This document shows, in pieces, positions 43,455 to 55,525 of a stretch of DNA of 64,000 nt. The stretch spans positions 310,001-374,000 of the forward strand of contig JAQGDQ010002379.1 of NCBI GenBank assembly GCA_030141605.1, read 5' to 3'. Positions within the stretch are counted from its first letter, which is position 1. The number at the start of each line of letters is the position of its first letter. The translations under genes and the position numbers were made by a program. The notes beneath the pieces are model-generated. The model saw only the letters and a program-made list of their open reading frames with translations, ran no database searches and was not told the DNA's origin. Source of the stretch: Tubiluchus corallicola. Lineage: Eukaryota; Animalia; Priapulida.

Positions 43455-46400
43455 ATGACAAGTTTAAATAAGGGATGCACGTTGCCTTTATATGTGGTGG
43501 ATGCTTTCACAAGCCAGGCATTTGCTGGAAATGCTACTGTTGTATGTCTAGTGTCACACAATCAGGTAAATTAATGATCTGTCATTAACAAACTTTTCGT
43601 CTTAATCTGTTGTCAGCTATTTTTATTGCACTGTTCTTCACTGCAAATAACTTGTGATCCTATAGCACAAAATCAAAGTCAATGTATGTGGCTTAATCGC
43701 ACTCTTATTTATGTAAAGATACGAGTTTTTAACTACTAACTGATAATGTTTCTTGTTATTTATTTATGCGATTAACTCAATTAATCTACTGTGTTACAAT
43801 AAATAAATCATTATATTATAATATTTAAATCACAGGCTTGCATAATAAAAATCACTGGTTTCCTTTTAGAAATATTGAAACAAATTTAACAAGTTAGATG
43901 AAAATAAAAGTGTCCATTTGGTCACAGCTGAAATCAATTTGTAATCAATTAAACTTATAACATCAGTCATAATAATGTCAGGATAATGGTGACTGTGCCT
44001 TTCAGTTATGTTTGTATTTGGATCTATTATAACAGTAGGTGTTTTTCATAAAGCGTTAGTATAATTTTAAGTGAGAATTACAATGAGTATCAATGCAGAA
44101 AATGCATTTTGTTGTTGTTGTTGTTTCCGTCTCTACTGAGGCTTTGTAGTTTCTTTTTGCAATTAGAATAGATATTCTGTGTATTATTTGAACTGTACAA
44201 AACAGCAGATATGTTATATGTTCAAAATGTATCCCAAACTGCCCAAAAGCTGTGTTGTTTTTATTAGTTGAATTGTGGTGTAATCTGCATTTCTTGGGTT
44301 ATATTATTAAATGGCTGTAGACATTGTGATGTATATAGTCCTTCGGTTATTCTATTTTAGGTAATCGACGATGCAAAAATGCAAAAAATTGCTTTCGAAA
44401 TGAACTTGCCGATAACCGGTTTCATTGCACTGCCAACAGAAAACGATTCGTTCAAGAATTCTTCCCGTTTTGGTCTACGATGGTTTACCCCTGCCTGCGA
44501 ATTCCAACTGTGCGGTCATTCCACTCTTGCTGCTGCCACGGTGCTTTTCTCTTGTGTTGGTAAATTTGCTAAGCAGGACAGAAATGTAAATCTAGAAGCT
44601 GAAGCTGAGTCAGTTGCTACTAAATCAGCTGAGTCACACAGTAAATCAGCTAGCTCGGCTGAAACTGAGTCAGTTGCTACTAAATCAGCTGACACTCACA
44701 GTAAATCAGCTAACTCGGCTGAAACTGAGTCAGTTGCTACTAAATCATCTGACACTCACATAGTAAATCAGCTAGCTCGGCTGAAGTAATTTTAATGTTG
44801 TAATTGTAATTTTAAACAAACAAGCATACAAAAACATACGTAAACTTGATAAAATCCTAAACAAAAAAATCTTTGCTTACGAATAGCCTAAATTGCTGCA
44901 GTTCAAGAATATGCCGGTACATGGTTTTTAAGAACGTGACAACTGACAACTGTGTGAGTGACAGTACTTTCTCTACCTTACTGCAGATGCTAGCAGTGCA
45001 GCACCATCATGTGCTCTGGTTCCGTACAAGTATAAAGAAAGAACTAAAGAAAAAAGACTTATTGTATTGAATATTATCGATAATATTGAGTGAAAATAGG
45101 GGGCGCTGCAGTTCTGATACTTATACACAACCGCCACTGTGCTGCATAAACACTAGGCCAAGTTGACCAAAACCTAAATTTTCCTAAGTGAACTTGGTTC
45201 AGGAATTGACACTTATGATTACTCCTTCAGTGGCTTACTTACTGGAGTTCACCATTACGAATGACAGATTGTGATTCTTATGTCCTGCAGCAACAATTTA
45301 GTGTTAGTTTGAATAGTTCTATTTGTGAACTGGTTTAAGTGATTCGACAGCACGCCCCTTTATATGCCATATATCTCTCATAATTTATGTACTCGCGATG
45401 TTAAAAAAATCTCCTGGCTTATAATCTGGCAACTCTAGCAATGGATTTATTGAAAATATAATTTAAATCCAACCCTTGGCAAGGCTTATCTGGATTACCA
45501 ACAAATCAATACTAAACACCAAAATGATCCCATACCTGTGGCTAATGTTGCCTATTTGTGCATTTTATTTAATTTTGAATTGACTGCTTTCTCATTCAAA
45601 AATTTCTGAAGTTTAGTATCTCTGCCAGCACACGTACAATATGACCGCATTGCAACCAGTGATTTCATCATCATCATAAGCCTGTTACATTATTTCTAGA
45701 CATTGGGCAGGCAAAATTCTAAAATAATAGAAATCTGTCCTCAAAACAGGTAAACACAGCAGTAATCTAACAAAAACTGGACACTGCTATGCCAGTGACT
45801 TTTTCGCAAGAGCAAAAATCATCACAGCCGGCAAAAATGTCAGCTACCTCGACTTCCGTCACCGAGCGGCTGGCACGACTAAAGCTGGGTTTCTTATCGG
45901 CTAGGTCGACTGTAGAAATAAACCGGCTGGAGCTGAGCTGAAGCGGTACGGCTCTGGCTTCTATGGCGATCCCATAAGTATTTTTCACGTTGTCTTGAAA
46001 ATCAGGGAGTTTTTATTTGCCAACCTAATACCAAACGAATTCACTGTGAATTTATTTGTGTGCTAATGTGTTTACTTCAAATAAGCTTCCATGCAGTTTT
46101 GCTTTTTTTTCTTCTATTGCTTGGAGATTGTGTGCCTTTTTTTGCATTTTAGGACTTAAAGCATTCCGCTGTTTTCAGTTCTCATCATATTTGGCATTTT
46201 CTTAGGAGACTGTCAGCTTTCCCTTCTTTTTATCTGCACTTTAAAAAATTGGAAAAGAAAAATAGTGCCTGTTAACCATATTCTAAACCATATTCTATTC
46301 AAATAATGAAATTACAATTAGGCATTGCAATATTTGATTGTATTGCTAATCCACTAATGCTACGATTAGGCTCTAAATATTTGTGAAATTGATAATCATT

Positions 46401-49400
46401 ATGATAGGCAGGTCTGAAATTAAAAGGCAGCTAGTGAATATATCTACAGCTATGTAAATTATTACAGGTAACGAATTTACAGAGATTACATTTGATACGC
46501 TGAGTGGACCACTTGTTGCCAGAAAAAAAGAGGACAATATGATTCTGCTTGATTTTCCTGCTAATCCAACTATTAGTGTTAACAAGGAAAATGTGAAAGA
46601 GCTTTTAAAGGTACCTACTCTTTTGAATGAGCTGTAAAACAAGTTTGCTTGGGTTTTTGTTGTAAGTAATTTTATCATTGAAGCTTTTAGCAGGTAGGTG
46701 GTTGACAGTTTGGAAGACATTCTGACACCTTGGTATATTTATGTATTTTAGGAAATTTCCAGGCTTACTCGTTTTAACTGTGTGTGCTGGCCATGTTTTT
46801 CAAATGTATCATATGGGCTGTTTTTTTGGTCAATAGCTAAATTGCAGCTTTGCACAGACTTTTTTGAAGGCATATTACTTAGTATTATCTTACTTGTATT
46901 ACTTAGTATTACGCTTTCTTGCCTGCAATACTCATGTAAATAGAAAAGACACATTTTCTAGCTTTATGTAAGTAAAGGGCTTTCTTGCCTGCAATACTCA
47001 TGTAAATAGAAAAGACACATTTTCTAGCTTTATGTAAGTAAAGGGCTTTCTTGCCTGCAATACTCATGTAAATAGAAAAGACACATTTTCTAGCTTTATG
47101 TAAGTAAAGGGCTTTCTTGCCTGCAATACTCTTGTAAATAGAAAAGACACATTTTCTAGCTTTATGTAAGTAAAGGGCTTTCTTGCCTGCAATACTCATG
47201 TAAATAGAAAAGACACATTTTCTAGCTTTATGTAAGTAAAGGGCTTTCTTGCCTTTTATGACAATTTTTTGGTGTTTTAATTAACCCTATTCAGTTTTTG
47301 AATTTACCTGAAGAGGGGGACAGCATGAGAGGAGCATGGAAATTATTCAAAGGTGGGACGGGGTGGGGTGGTTACAGTAATGGTGGCAGTGAAGCGCTTG
47401 CTGTTACTTTATTGTTTCTTTTTACTGGCTGTTACACACCCGTGCATGCATGCACACGCACGCACACACCCACACACACACACTGTTACATAATATAGTA
47501 AAGTATATCATATCACTCTTTTCGGTGATTCTAGATTGCATAGCACTCCTACAATAGGACTAGTTGAAGTTTAGCAAACAACTATCACAATTACTAACCT
47601 GACATTCTGTGCATTAAATTTAGAAATCCACAGATTAAAGATACGAGACAATGCCGCTATGATAAAACTAAGGGTGCATTCAGACTAGCGAGTTTTCTGT
47701 TGGGAGTTTTTCTCTAACACCAAACTTGCAAGTGTGAACTGCTTTGCGAGTTACTATCGACAAGTCATTGCACACTTTCAGACAGTTGCTACGAAATGAT
47801 TTCCTGTTTAGTGTGAACAGTCTCAGCGAGTTACTCTTGACACTGCTCCCAGTGAATAGAGGAGGAGTATCAGCTGGTGTTTACTTCATGCTGGAGAATT
47901 TTGTTCTTTAGTCTGAACGTGCTTGCGAGTTACTTGGCGAGAAAATTTGCTAGTATGAATGCTTCATTACTCTCAAAAGCAGTGCGACAAAATATCAACA
48001 TTCTTGCAACAGTCAAGTCATCTAAATTCTTCTTTGTAAAAAGTATTTTGGTCCAAACTTTAATACACTGTAGAATCTTACGTGAATGTTTTTTATAATA
48101 CAGGTACTTGTTGGAGATTTACCTATTGTTGATGTGGAGTATGCTCCTGTTATACAACAAATGATTGTGTGTCTTCAAGATTCTGTGTCCAGGTGTGCAT
48201 GTTGATAATTTTTTATTTGGTTTGTCGTGTGTCATTCGTTTTGCACTTTTCATTTGCTTTCATGTTATTATACATACTATAAAATTGCTGCAAATTGCAC
48301 AAATCTGCAATTAATCTCTATTTCTATGAAGTGTGTTTGTGTATGTTTGTTTATTTGTTTGCTATAAAGTCCTGTTTTATTTATTTAACTTAAAATTTGG
48401 TCTATTAAGTTGCTAATACATCACACTCCCCATTGAATTATGGGATATGTACAGTTATGTGCAGAAATCAATTAACAAAAGCTGAAGTCAGTCTACTTTT
48501 TAACTTTTGGCAGGAGTTCTACTTACATGAAAAAGAATTTAAAATACACTATGTTTCAGTCCATTGTTGGGTTCATTCTCTCATTGTCTCATTTTTCATT
48601 CATTAGTCATTGATGTTATTATTGTTGTAAGTATAAGGCTTCATGTGTGTGTGTGTGTTTTACCTTCAGGCAAGGACTACTATACAACAGGACGTGCACA
48701 GTCAGATCTCTGATTCCGCCAGCGGAGGCGATCAATACTTGTAATGAACGTAATCTAGAAATAGTGCGCTTTAGAGAGTAGTGATCTTGGAAATTAAAGA
48801 ATGGACGGATCGGTAGATAGCGAGTATTATTTTTCATTTAATTGGTTCTTTACATTACGGGAGAAAAGTTCCAATTGTTTATTTTATGTATCAAAGGAAA
48901 TTAGTGTTCATTTTTACTTCTTAAATAGCGCACTACTTTAGGCGTAAGTGTGTTTTACCGGAAGTAGTGCTTTGTCATTGTTAATGTGTCATTGTTCAAA
49001 GTCAAGTGAAGCGTTGTTTTCGTGCTTGTGTTTGTTTCTTTTGGGATTATTTTCAAAATTTCTCGTGGATTTTATACATCTGTGCTCAGCAGCATGCCTA
49101 ACAAGGTAACTATGACACGGAGAACAAGTGTCGTGTGTTCAGACTGCCAAGAGATCATGTAGAAAAACAGAAATGGCTAAGTGTTCTTCCCCCACGCGAA
49201 GGCTTTGTTGTTGATCCATCGAAATTTTTCATTTGCGAAAAGCATTGGCCATCGGATACTCAAATAGTCAAAATTCCAGGTGGTCACACCAGCCAGTGGA
49301 TCCACCCAGTATTTTCAACGTTCCAACATCATGCTTGCCCACTCCAAAGCCACCACCTCGCCCTCCAAAAACTGAGGACCAGCAGCTGAATTATTTCTTT

Positions 49401-52400
49401 AAAAAGGATAAAATAACTTATCTCAATGAATTCACTCCTGAGAAAGACCTGCATAAGACGTATCAGAACCTCATTATATCTCGCGCACAAGACAAATTTG
49501 TGTGCATGTTCATGGAAGAGGACCACAGTCAATGTTATATGTCAATTATTGTTCACAATAAGCCTACCTTGTGTTCCCCTCTTACTCTGTATGCTTTCAA
49601 AAACGGGATCAGTGTGCCATTAATTAAAATCCTCAGTCCGAACAATGGACTGTCCTCTTACTCACAATTTTTCGCGGTTGTGAATTCTGTTGTCAACCAC
49701 ATTCATCATGTTGATGATATTGTCAACAAAGTGACAAAGTCTCTTGAACTTGAACTAGCTCAAAATCGAGAACAATCTCCTAGTGTTAATGCTAAAGCCA
49801 AGAAGCTCAAATTTCTAACACGACAGCTTCGACTATTATGTGATAAGACTTTCACAGTGTCTGATTATTGCTTTGCAATAGAGTCATTTCCCCATTGCAA
49901 TTACGAACAACTGCGTGACTTTTTAGTGTTACCCAGCAAAAGAAAGCTGCAGTCAGTTATTTCATCGACAGATATTGACAAGGTGCTAGGTAAAACATTT
50001 CAGAAAGTAAAAAGCTCTGAGCAGAAACACTGTATGCTATTGGTGGATGAAGTGAAAATATGCCCAACAGTGGCTTAAGGTCCCATGTTGCTTAATTTTG
50101 CAGCTAAGGACACTGTGAGCAACAAGCTAATCCTGTCATTCGTGATAAAACAATAAAGAGACATTTATTTTCAGGGAGATCTTGGAAGCAAGGGCACCGG
50201 ATATTTTTGCTCTTCCTGCAGCTAACACATCCCTGATGAAACTGTACGGTGTCCACTTGACGGTTAAAGCTCCAGCCAACTCCGGCTATGACTTTTATTC
50301 CCGCAGTTTTTTTCCCTGGATTGGAACGTCTGAAGATCCAGTTTGTGGTAAACAATTTGCATTGTTTATGTAAGAATGAATGAATATACTATTGATATAT
50401 ATGAATTAATTATAATTATCTTTGCTTTAAAGTAAAGCTAAACAAAAGAAATTATGTTTATTATTCTTGATGTGCACCATTTTGCTGCGTCTGTGTTTGC
50501 CAGTAAGTGGCGTACTCTACTGGCGTTGTTTTGTAACTTTTCTTTCTCTTTTGAAATGCAGCACAACTAGGGTTGTGGTTTATACAGTAAAATAATTAAT
50601 ATTGGAACATACGATAATTTGAGGCTTCATGCCATACAAAAGAGGTAGCTATACGAAGATTGTTAATTAGTTAGTTAGCTATATAAGCTAGTCAGTTAGT
50701 CAATCAGTTAGTTTTGGCAAGTTTTCAGTATGGCATGTTGGGTTGGACAGCTGGGTGTTCTTGGCACTCTTGGCGGCTTTACATTCTTGGAGGCTTGGCG
50801 ATGGGGTGGAAGACAGAGGCAAGATTTGGAGTGGAAAACAGGTAGAGTGTCGGCAGTGGGACTGATGTAGGAAGATAGTAGGGTGTGAAGAGAACCACCT
50901 AAACTGCAAGAGTGCCCAAATCAATACCAAAACACTAAAATGATCCCATGCGTGTGTCTAACATTGCCTATTTTTGTGTTTAATTTTGAATTGACTGCTT
51001 TCTCATTAAAAAATTTTTCAAAGATAGTATCTCTGCCAGCACACGCACACAGTATGACCACGAATCCGTAGTGCATTCGCCAAATTTCACCCAGTGATTT
51101 CGTCATCATCACAAGCCTGTTATGTCAATTGTAGACATTGGGTAGGCAGAACTCTAAAATAAAAGAAATCTGCCCTCAAGACAGGTAAACACAGCAGTAA
51201 CCTAGCAAAAAACTAGACACTGCTTTGGCAGTGGCTTGTTCGCAAGAGCTAAAATCTTCGCAGCCGGCAAAAATGTCGGCTGGCTCCACTCATCTCTGAG
51301 TGGCTGGTGCGACTAAAGCTGGGTTTCTTATCGGCTAGGTCGACTGTAGAAGTGAATTGCCTGGAGTTCAGCTGAAACGACATGGCTCATGCCTCTAGTT
51401 TTAAGATGAAGATTAGTTTTAGTTTTGTTCTGTGTTAGTCTTGCATTTTCTGTCTTAAGTCTGACTGAAAATCACTATGTCACTGAAGGAGTTGCCAGTT
51501 TTATGGTTTTTCTGTTGAGGTGGTTTCTAACTTTGCAGTTTTTATGAGAATAATGAAATTTTGGCCACAAAATATTCTATCCAGTACAGAAGGACTTATG
51601 TGGTAATAGTTCCAGTGAATAAAGTATACATTGTAGGCCTGATTTTCAAAAACATGAAATGTTTTTTTTTCAAAAACATGAAAAGCCTATCTTAATTCAT
51701 TATATTTGCATGTTTAAAGTTTGCAATGTTTGATGCCAGTAATCTCCAACTAATTTCTGACTATGTTAGGGTCGGCTCACACTATATTTGGTTGTTACTG
51801 GCAAAAAGTGCTGGGAAAATCAACTTTTCAAGGTAGGATAATTTGCTGTTTTATGACGTTTGTTATAATTTAACTTATGATGCTTATTCGTTTATGATCT
51901 GATTTTGTATGTTTTTCAGTATGTCAGTAGATCTCAATTTAAATTCTGTGCAAGATTATTACCATGCTGACAAAGAGCGACATAGGTTTGATTTACTTAA
52001 TGTCGTACAGCACACTGTAATTTAATGTGTGTAAAGTCCTCGAAAGGTTAAAAAATGAAAATTTCCAGCCATTGTAAATAACTGCGTCTTAGTTTACATA
52101 ATTTTTCACAAAAAATTACAGAATGCTATAAAATATAATTGTTATTTTGAACAATATATATTTTTAGTGGCCAGTCACAAAGTATAATTACTGCCCTGCA
52201 ATACCATATCACATAGACTTGTGCAGCATATGTTACCGGAACAGTATCTTGCTTAACCCTTTTACCGCCTCCATGATGTACTATTATGTCTATTTTTTGT
52301 ATTGGCTTATGCCTATTTGATGTACATATTTATCATTAGTATCTAGCGCTCCATTTAAACTCTGGCGAAGTGTATTATCGCTTAGTTTAGTACGTTTAGA

Positions 52401-53424
52401 CAGCTAGCAGGGCCCAGCACAGCTCCAGGAATATGTGTAAACTGAGTTTGACCTTATTTCCTTGGCTACATAGCACATCTGCTACGTACATATATGTCTT
52501 CGACTGTGAATTCTGCATCATTTGAAATTTGCTGTTTTTGCACATTTTTATTATTATTAATAATAATCTTTTGTTCGTATAAAATTTTTTATACAGCAAT
52601 GTAGTTTTAGTATAAATAATTAATACAATGAAAAATAATTTTTGTTAGTAATTAAAAAACAAGAGATTTAGAGATTTTAAGACAATTTTCAGCAAAAAGC
52701 TTAAAGATTTGATAGTTTTGGAGGTTTTAATGCATATGCACACTCTCCCACTTATTTTAGAGATGATGGACCTATATATATATATATATATATATATATG
52801 TTCTAAACATTCTTGATAGATATATAAAAATGATCTGTAAAGGGATTATTATTCTTGTACACAATTCTACGTGATTTTAAGGCTTTTGGTTTTTGCATGT
52901 ATTTTACTTTTGATAAATGTATACCAAAACAAATATATTTTTAATTGTGACTTGCACAAGTTGATTTTCGGGCTGAATTTAGGGGCTGAAGCTGTTTTAC
53001 TTGCATGACACTATAATTTTGCTTTGGAGGTTCATTTATTGATCTAAATTCAGTTTCATGTGCAGTTTCATATCACCATATTGCCTCATTTGCAAATAAA
53101 TATAAAACTTAAACAAGTAAGTAAATATATAGGCCTAACAAATTTTCGTGAATGAATGTAATGATTGATTGATTGAATGAATGAATGAATAGGTGGGTGC
53201 ATGATTGATTTTTATTTGGCTTGTTGAAATCATATCTTTTTTTCTTATGAACAATATCAAAATAAAGTTGCAAAGTTGTTATTTTGTCATGTGCTTTGTG
53301 CGTTTTTGTAGCTCGTCAGTGCTCAAAAAGAGGAGGAGATGTCTACGTGAATGTACGAGAAGACAAGAGAGTCGAGATTGGAGGCAAGTCTGTAGTCGTT
53401 ATAGAAGGAAAGATCTATTTATAG
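43455..53424 (+). CDS. PBLD: PhzF/phenazine biosynthesis-like domain protein (PBLD/MAWBP family), copy 1; 7 coding exons, 296 aa, intact frame, non-canonical active site
   Basis: Exons 43455-43565, 44361-44559, 46468-46610, 48104-48192, 50175-50347, 51770-51832 and 53312-53424 total 891 nt. Motifs: VDAFT..AFAGN, LRWFTP..E.QLCGH.TLAAA, TLSGPL, LDFP, YDFYSR.F.PW.G..EDPVCGSAH, ARQCSKRGG, V.IGG. Confidence 0.93.
44593..45963. mobile_element. hAT-like composite MITE in PBLD copy 1 intron 2 (orthologous shorter version at 60392-61187)
   Basis: tagaagctgaagc ... gctctggcttcta imperfect TIR; flanks tgtaaatc versus tggcgatc (tgtcgatc in copy 2) resemble an 8-bp TSD. Confidence 0.5.
44598..44785. repeat. 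Three tandem ~60-bp units containing TGAGTCA
   Basis: gctgaaactgagtcagttgctactaaatcagctgacactcacagtaaatcagctagctcg x3; single unit in copy 2. Confidence 0.9.
46913..47254. repeat. 66-bp minisatellite, 5 near-identical copies
   Basis: gctttcttgcctgcaatactcatgtaaatagaaaagacacattttctagctttatgtaagtaaagg x5; one copy at ~62139-62216. Confidence 0.95.
47672..47966. mobile_element. PIF/Harbinger-like MITE (second copy at 62643-62937)
   Basis: taa|gggtgcattcagactagcgagttttct ... agaaaatttgctagtatgaatgcttca|tta imperfect TIR with TAA/TTA flanks. Confidence 0.6.
48671..50078 (+). mobile_element. 3'-truncated P-element/THAP9-type DNA transposon in PBLD copy 1 intron 4
   Basis: Begins caaggactactata exactly where homology with copy 2 ends. 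Degenerate THAP domain (VFRLP..KWL..FICEKHW..PPSIF) followed by the transposase N-terminus LRDFLVLPSKRKL..CMLLVDEVKI; frameshifted, no right TIR. Confidence 0.8.
50918..51398. repeat. Dispersed ~480-bp repeat, also at ~45503-45963 and ~60724-61187
   Basis: Colinear match aaatcaatac..aaaatgatccc ... gactaaagctgggtttcttatcggctaggtcgactgtagaa. Confidence 0.85.
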
Positions 53425-55525
53425 TCTAAATCATGGAATCGTACTTTATCTGATTGCTTTATCACAGTGTTGCCATTCTGGTTGATAAAGATTATTGTTT
53501 TGGAAGCTAAAAATTATAGTATTTTCCACCATATTATCGCATCTTCATGCAAAATTCAAAATTTCTGTGTATTTGCAGCAAATTGTTATTATTATTGTAT
53601 AATTATGCATTTAATAAGTAACCATAACACCAAAAAGTACTGTAGAAAACTGGCTATTTGTTTTACAGATTTTATTTTCCACTCATTGTAAAAAAGGTGA
53701 AACTGCAAGAGAAACAAGAAAAAAGAACATGAAACAAAAGTAAATCCATAACAGACATGCAAAAAATAAATAAAGGAACAAGCATTAGCAAATTAACAAG
53801 CATACTGAAGCAGAATTTACTAATAAATAAACTTCCTGACATATCACAAATCAGCATGCACGCCTACACAAAAACACGCATATGCATATGCAGTTGCAAA
53901 AAAAAAACAATAATTAGGCATCACCGTAACACTATTAGAAACTACCAAGCTGACAAATAAATTACTGCAAAGTTCTGCATAAAAATGAAGAAACATAAGA
54001 ACTTACAAACGTTTGAGGATCTGTAGAAAAAACTTTAAGCCAGTCTTCAGAAATTAACAGAGACATACTGATTCTACAACGGTGGCATACTGACTTCACA
54101 ACTACTATACCACTAAAAACACAATTTTTTCCTATTCTAAGGCTATCTAACCACTCATACAAGAGCGGCCAAGCATGTCAAACAAACTCTACAGGTAATG
54201 CAAAATGAATAATGACACTCTAGAATCAAAACACCTGGCTTCACTGTACCCAAGCTGGCCTGAGAGATAACAAGTACCATTAGCAAGTGTAAAATTAAGT
54301 TTATCAAAACACAGTAGAATGTCGCTACCAGTCTCTTTTGAAATTACTGCTTTTTTCTGAAAACTTTGACCACTAATTGCGACCAGCATGGTTTGGATTA
54401 CAACGAAGTCAAAATTTGTTTACTTTCCCCTGGTAAGCAGTAATGTTTTTTGTCTAAATTATCGTATAATTATCTGTTATCGTACAGTCTGTTTTTTTTG
54501 TATGGTATGAAGCATCAAATTATCGTATATTCGAATAATTATCATATAAAAAGCAACCCTGTTTATCATTTTCATGTCAGGTAAGTGCTAGAAAATAGAA
54601 CGAAGGTAGAACTGTAGCAGTGCGTAGTTAATATAAAAAAGAGTTCCTTTAAGGGAAAATAGAATGGTGTATAATGTTCTCTTATGATCAGTGATTATTT
54701 TATCATTGTTGTGTTTTTAATTAGAAATGCTCCTTTTAAGGGAAAATTAAAATAAGCTTTTAGCATGTAGTGAACTGAGTGGAATTCTGAAATAGTGTTG
54801 TTCCCTATAATAATTTTACAATTTTAGTCAAAGGATTATGTGCAGTTTTAATAGAAATATTATTTTATGTTCTATGCACTAAGTGGGATGGACGTTTTTG
54901 TTGTTGTTGATGTATACTATCTTTTCTCTATATACCAGCTAGACTACACCACTATTGTTATGCATTTGGGAAGTTTTACTTATGGACCAAAGTTGACCTT
55001 ACCTTTTTTGCCCATTTCTGAAGTTAATTATTGTAGGTTTTATATTTTAGAATTTAAATGTGCCACATTGTTGCTTTATTAGGGTAGAGGATTGAGTGAT
55101 ATTTTATCAATTGTGCCAAATAAATTAACTTGTTCTCGGTTAAAGCGGCTTAGGACTATAATAATGGCGGTTATATGCGCCATGCAATTTCTATATTTGA
55201 ATGAAAATACAGCATTATTGTGTAAATTGTGCCAAATAAGTTAATATGTTTCTGCTTAAAGTGGATTATCAAGTTACTGCTGTGTTATTTGATTACAGTA
55301 ATTTTTGTGGCTTTATAAATCGACCAAGTCCACATTAAGATGAAATTATATTTTTTGTAAACAGGATGAAACAGGATAGGAAATAAGTTAACAGGTTTCT
55401 GCTTAAAGCAGATTACGAAGTTACAGATGCGCTAAGCTATACTTTTTGATTACAGTTATATTTATAGCTGTATAAATCGTGGATTGAATAATTAAAATGA
55501 AATTATTTTTGTTTGTTTAATGAGA

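Noticed and set aside
44560-44789. S/T/A-rich repetitive C-terminal extension of the exon-2 ORF
   Set aside because: Read-through past a valid donor into a 60-bp intronic repeat; the PBLD frame continues at 46468
46373-46720. 115-aa minus-strand ORF conserved in both duplicates (also 61597-61944)
   Set aside because: Antisense shadow of PBLD exon 3; conservation is explained by the duplication
48514-48575. Possible PBLD exon after ttttggcag
   Set aside because: No similarity to the family; the exon at 50175-50347 supplies the expected sequence in the correct phase
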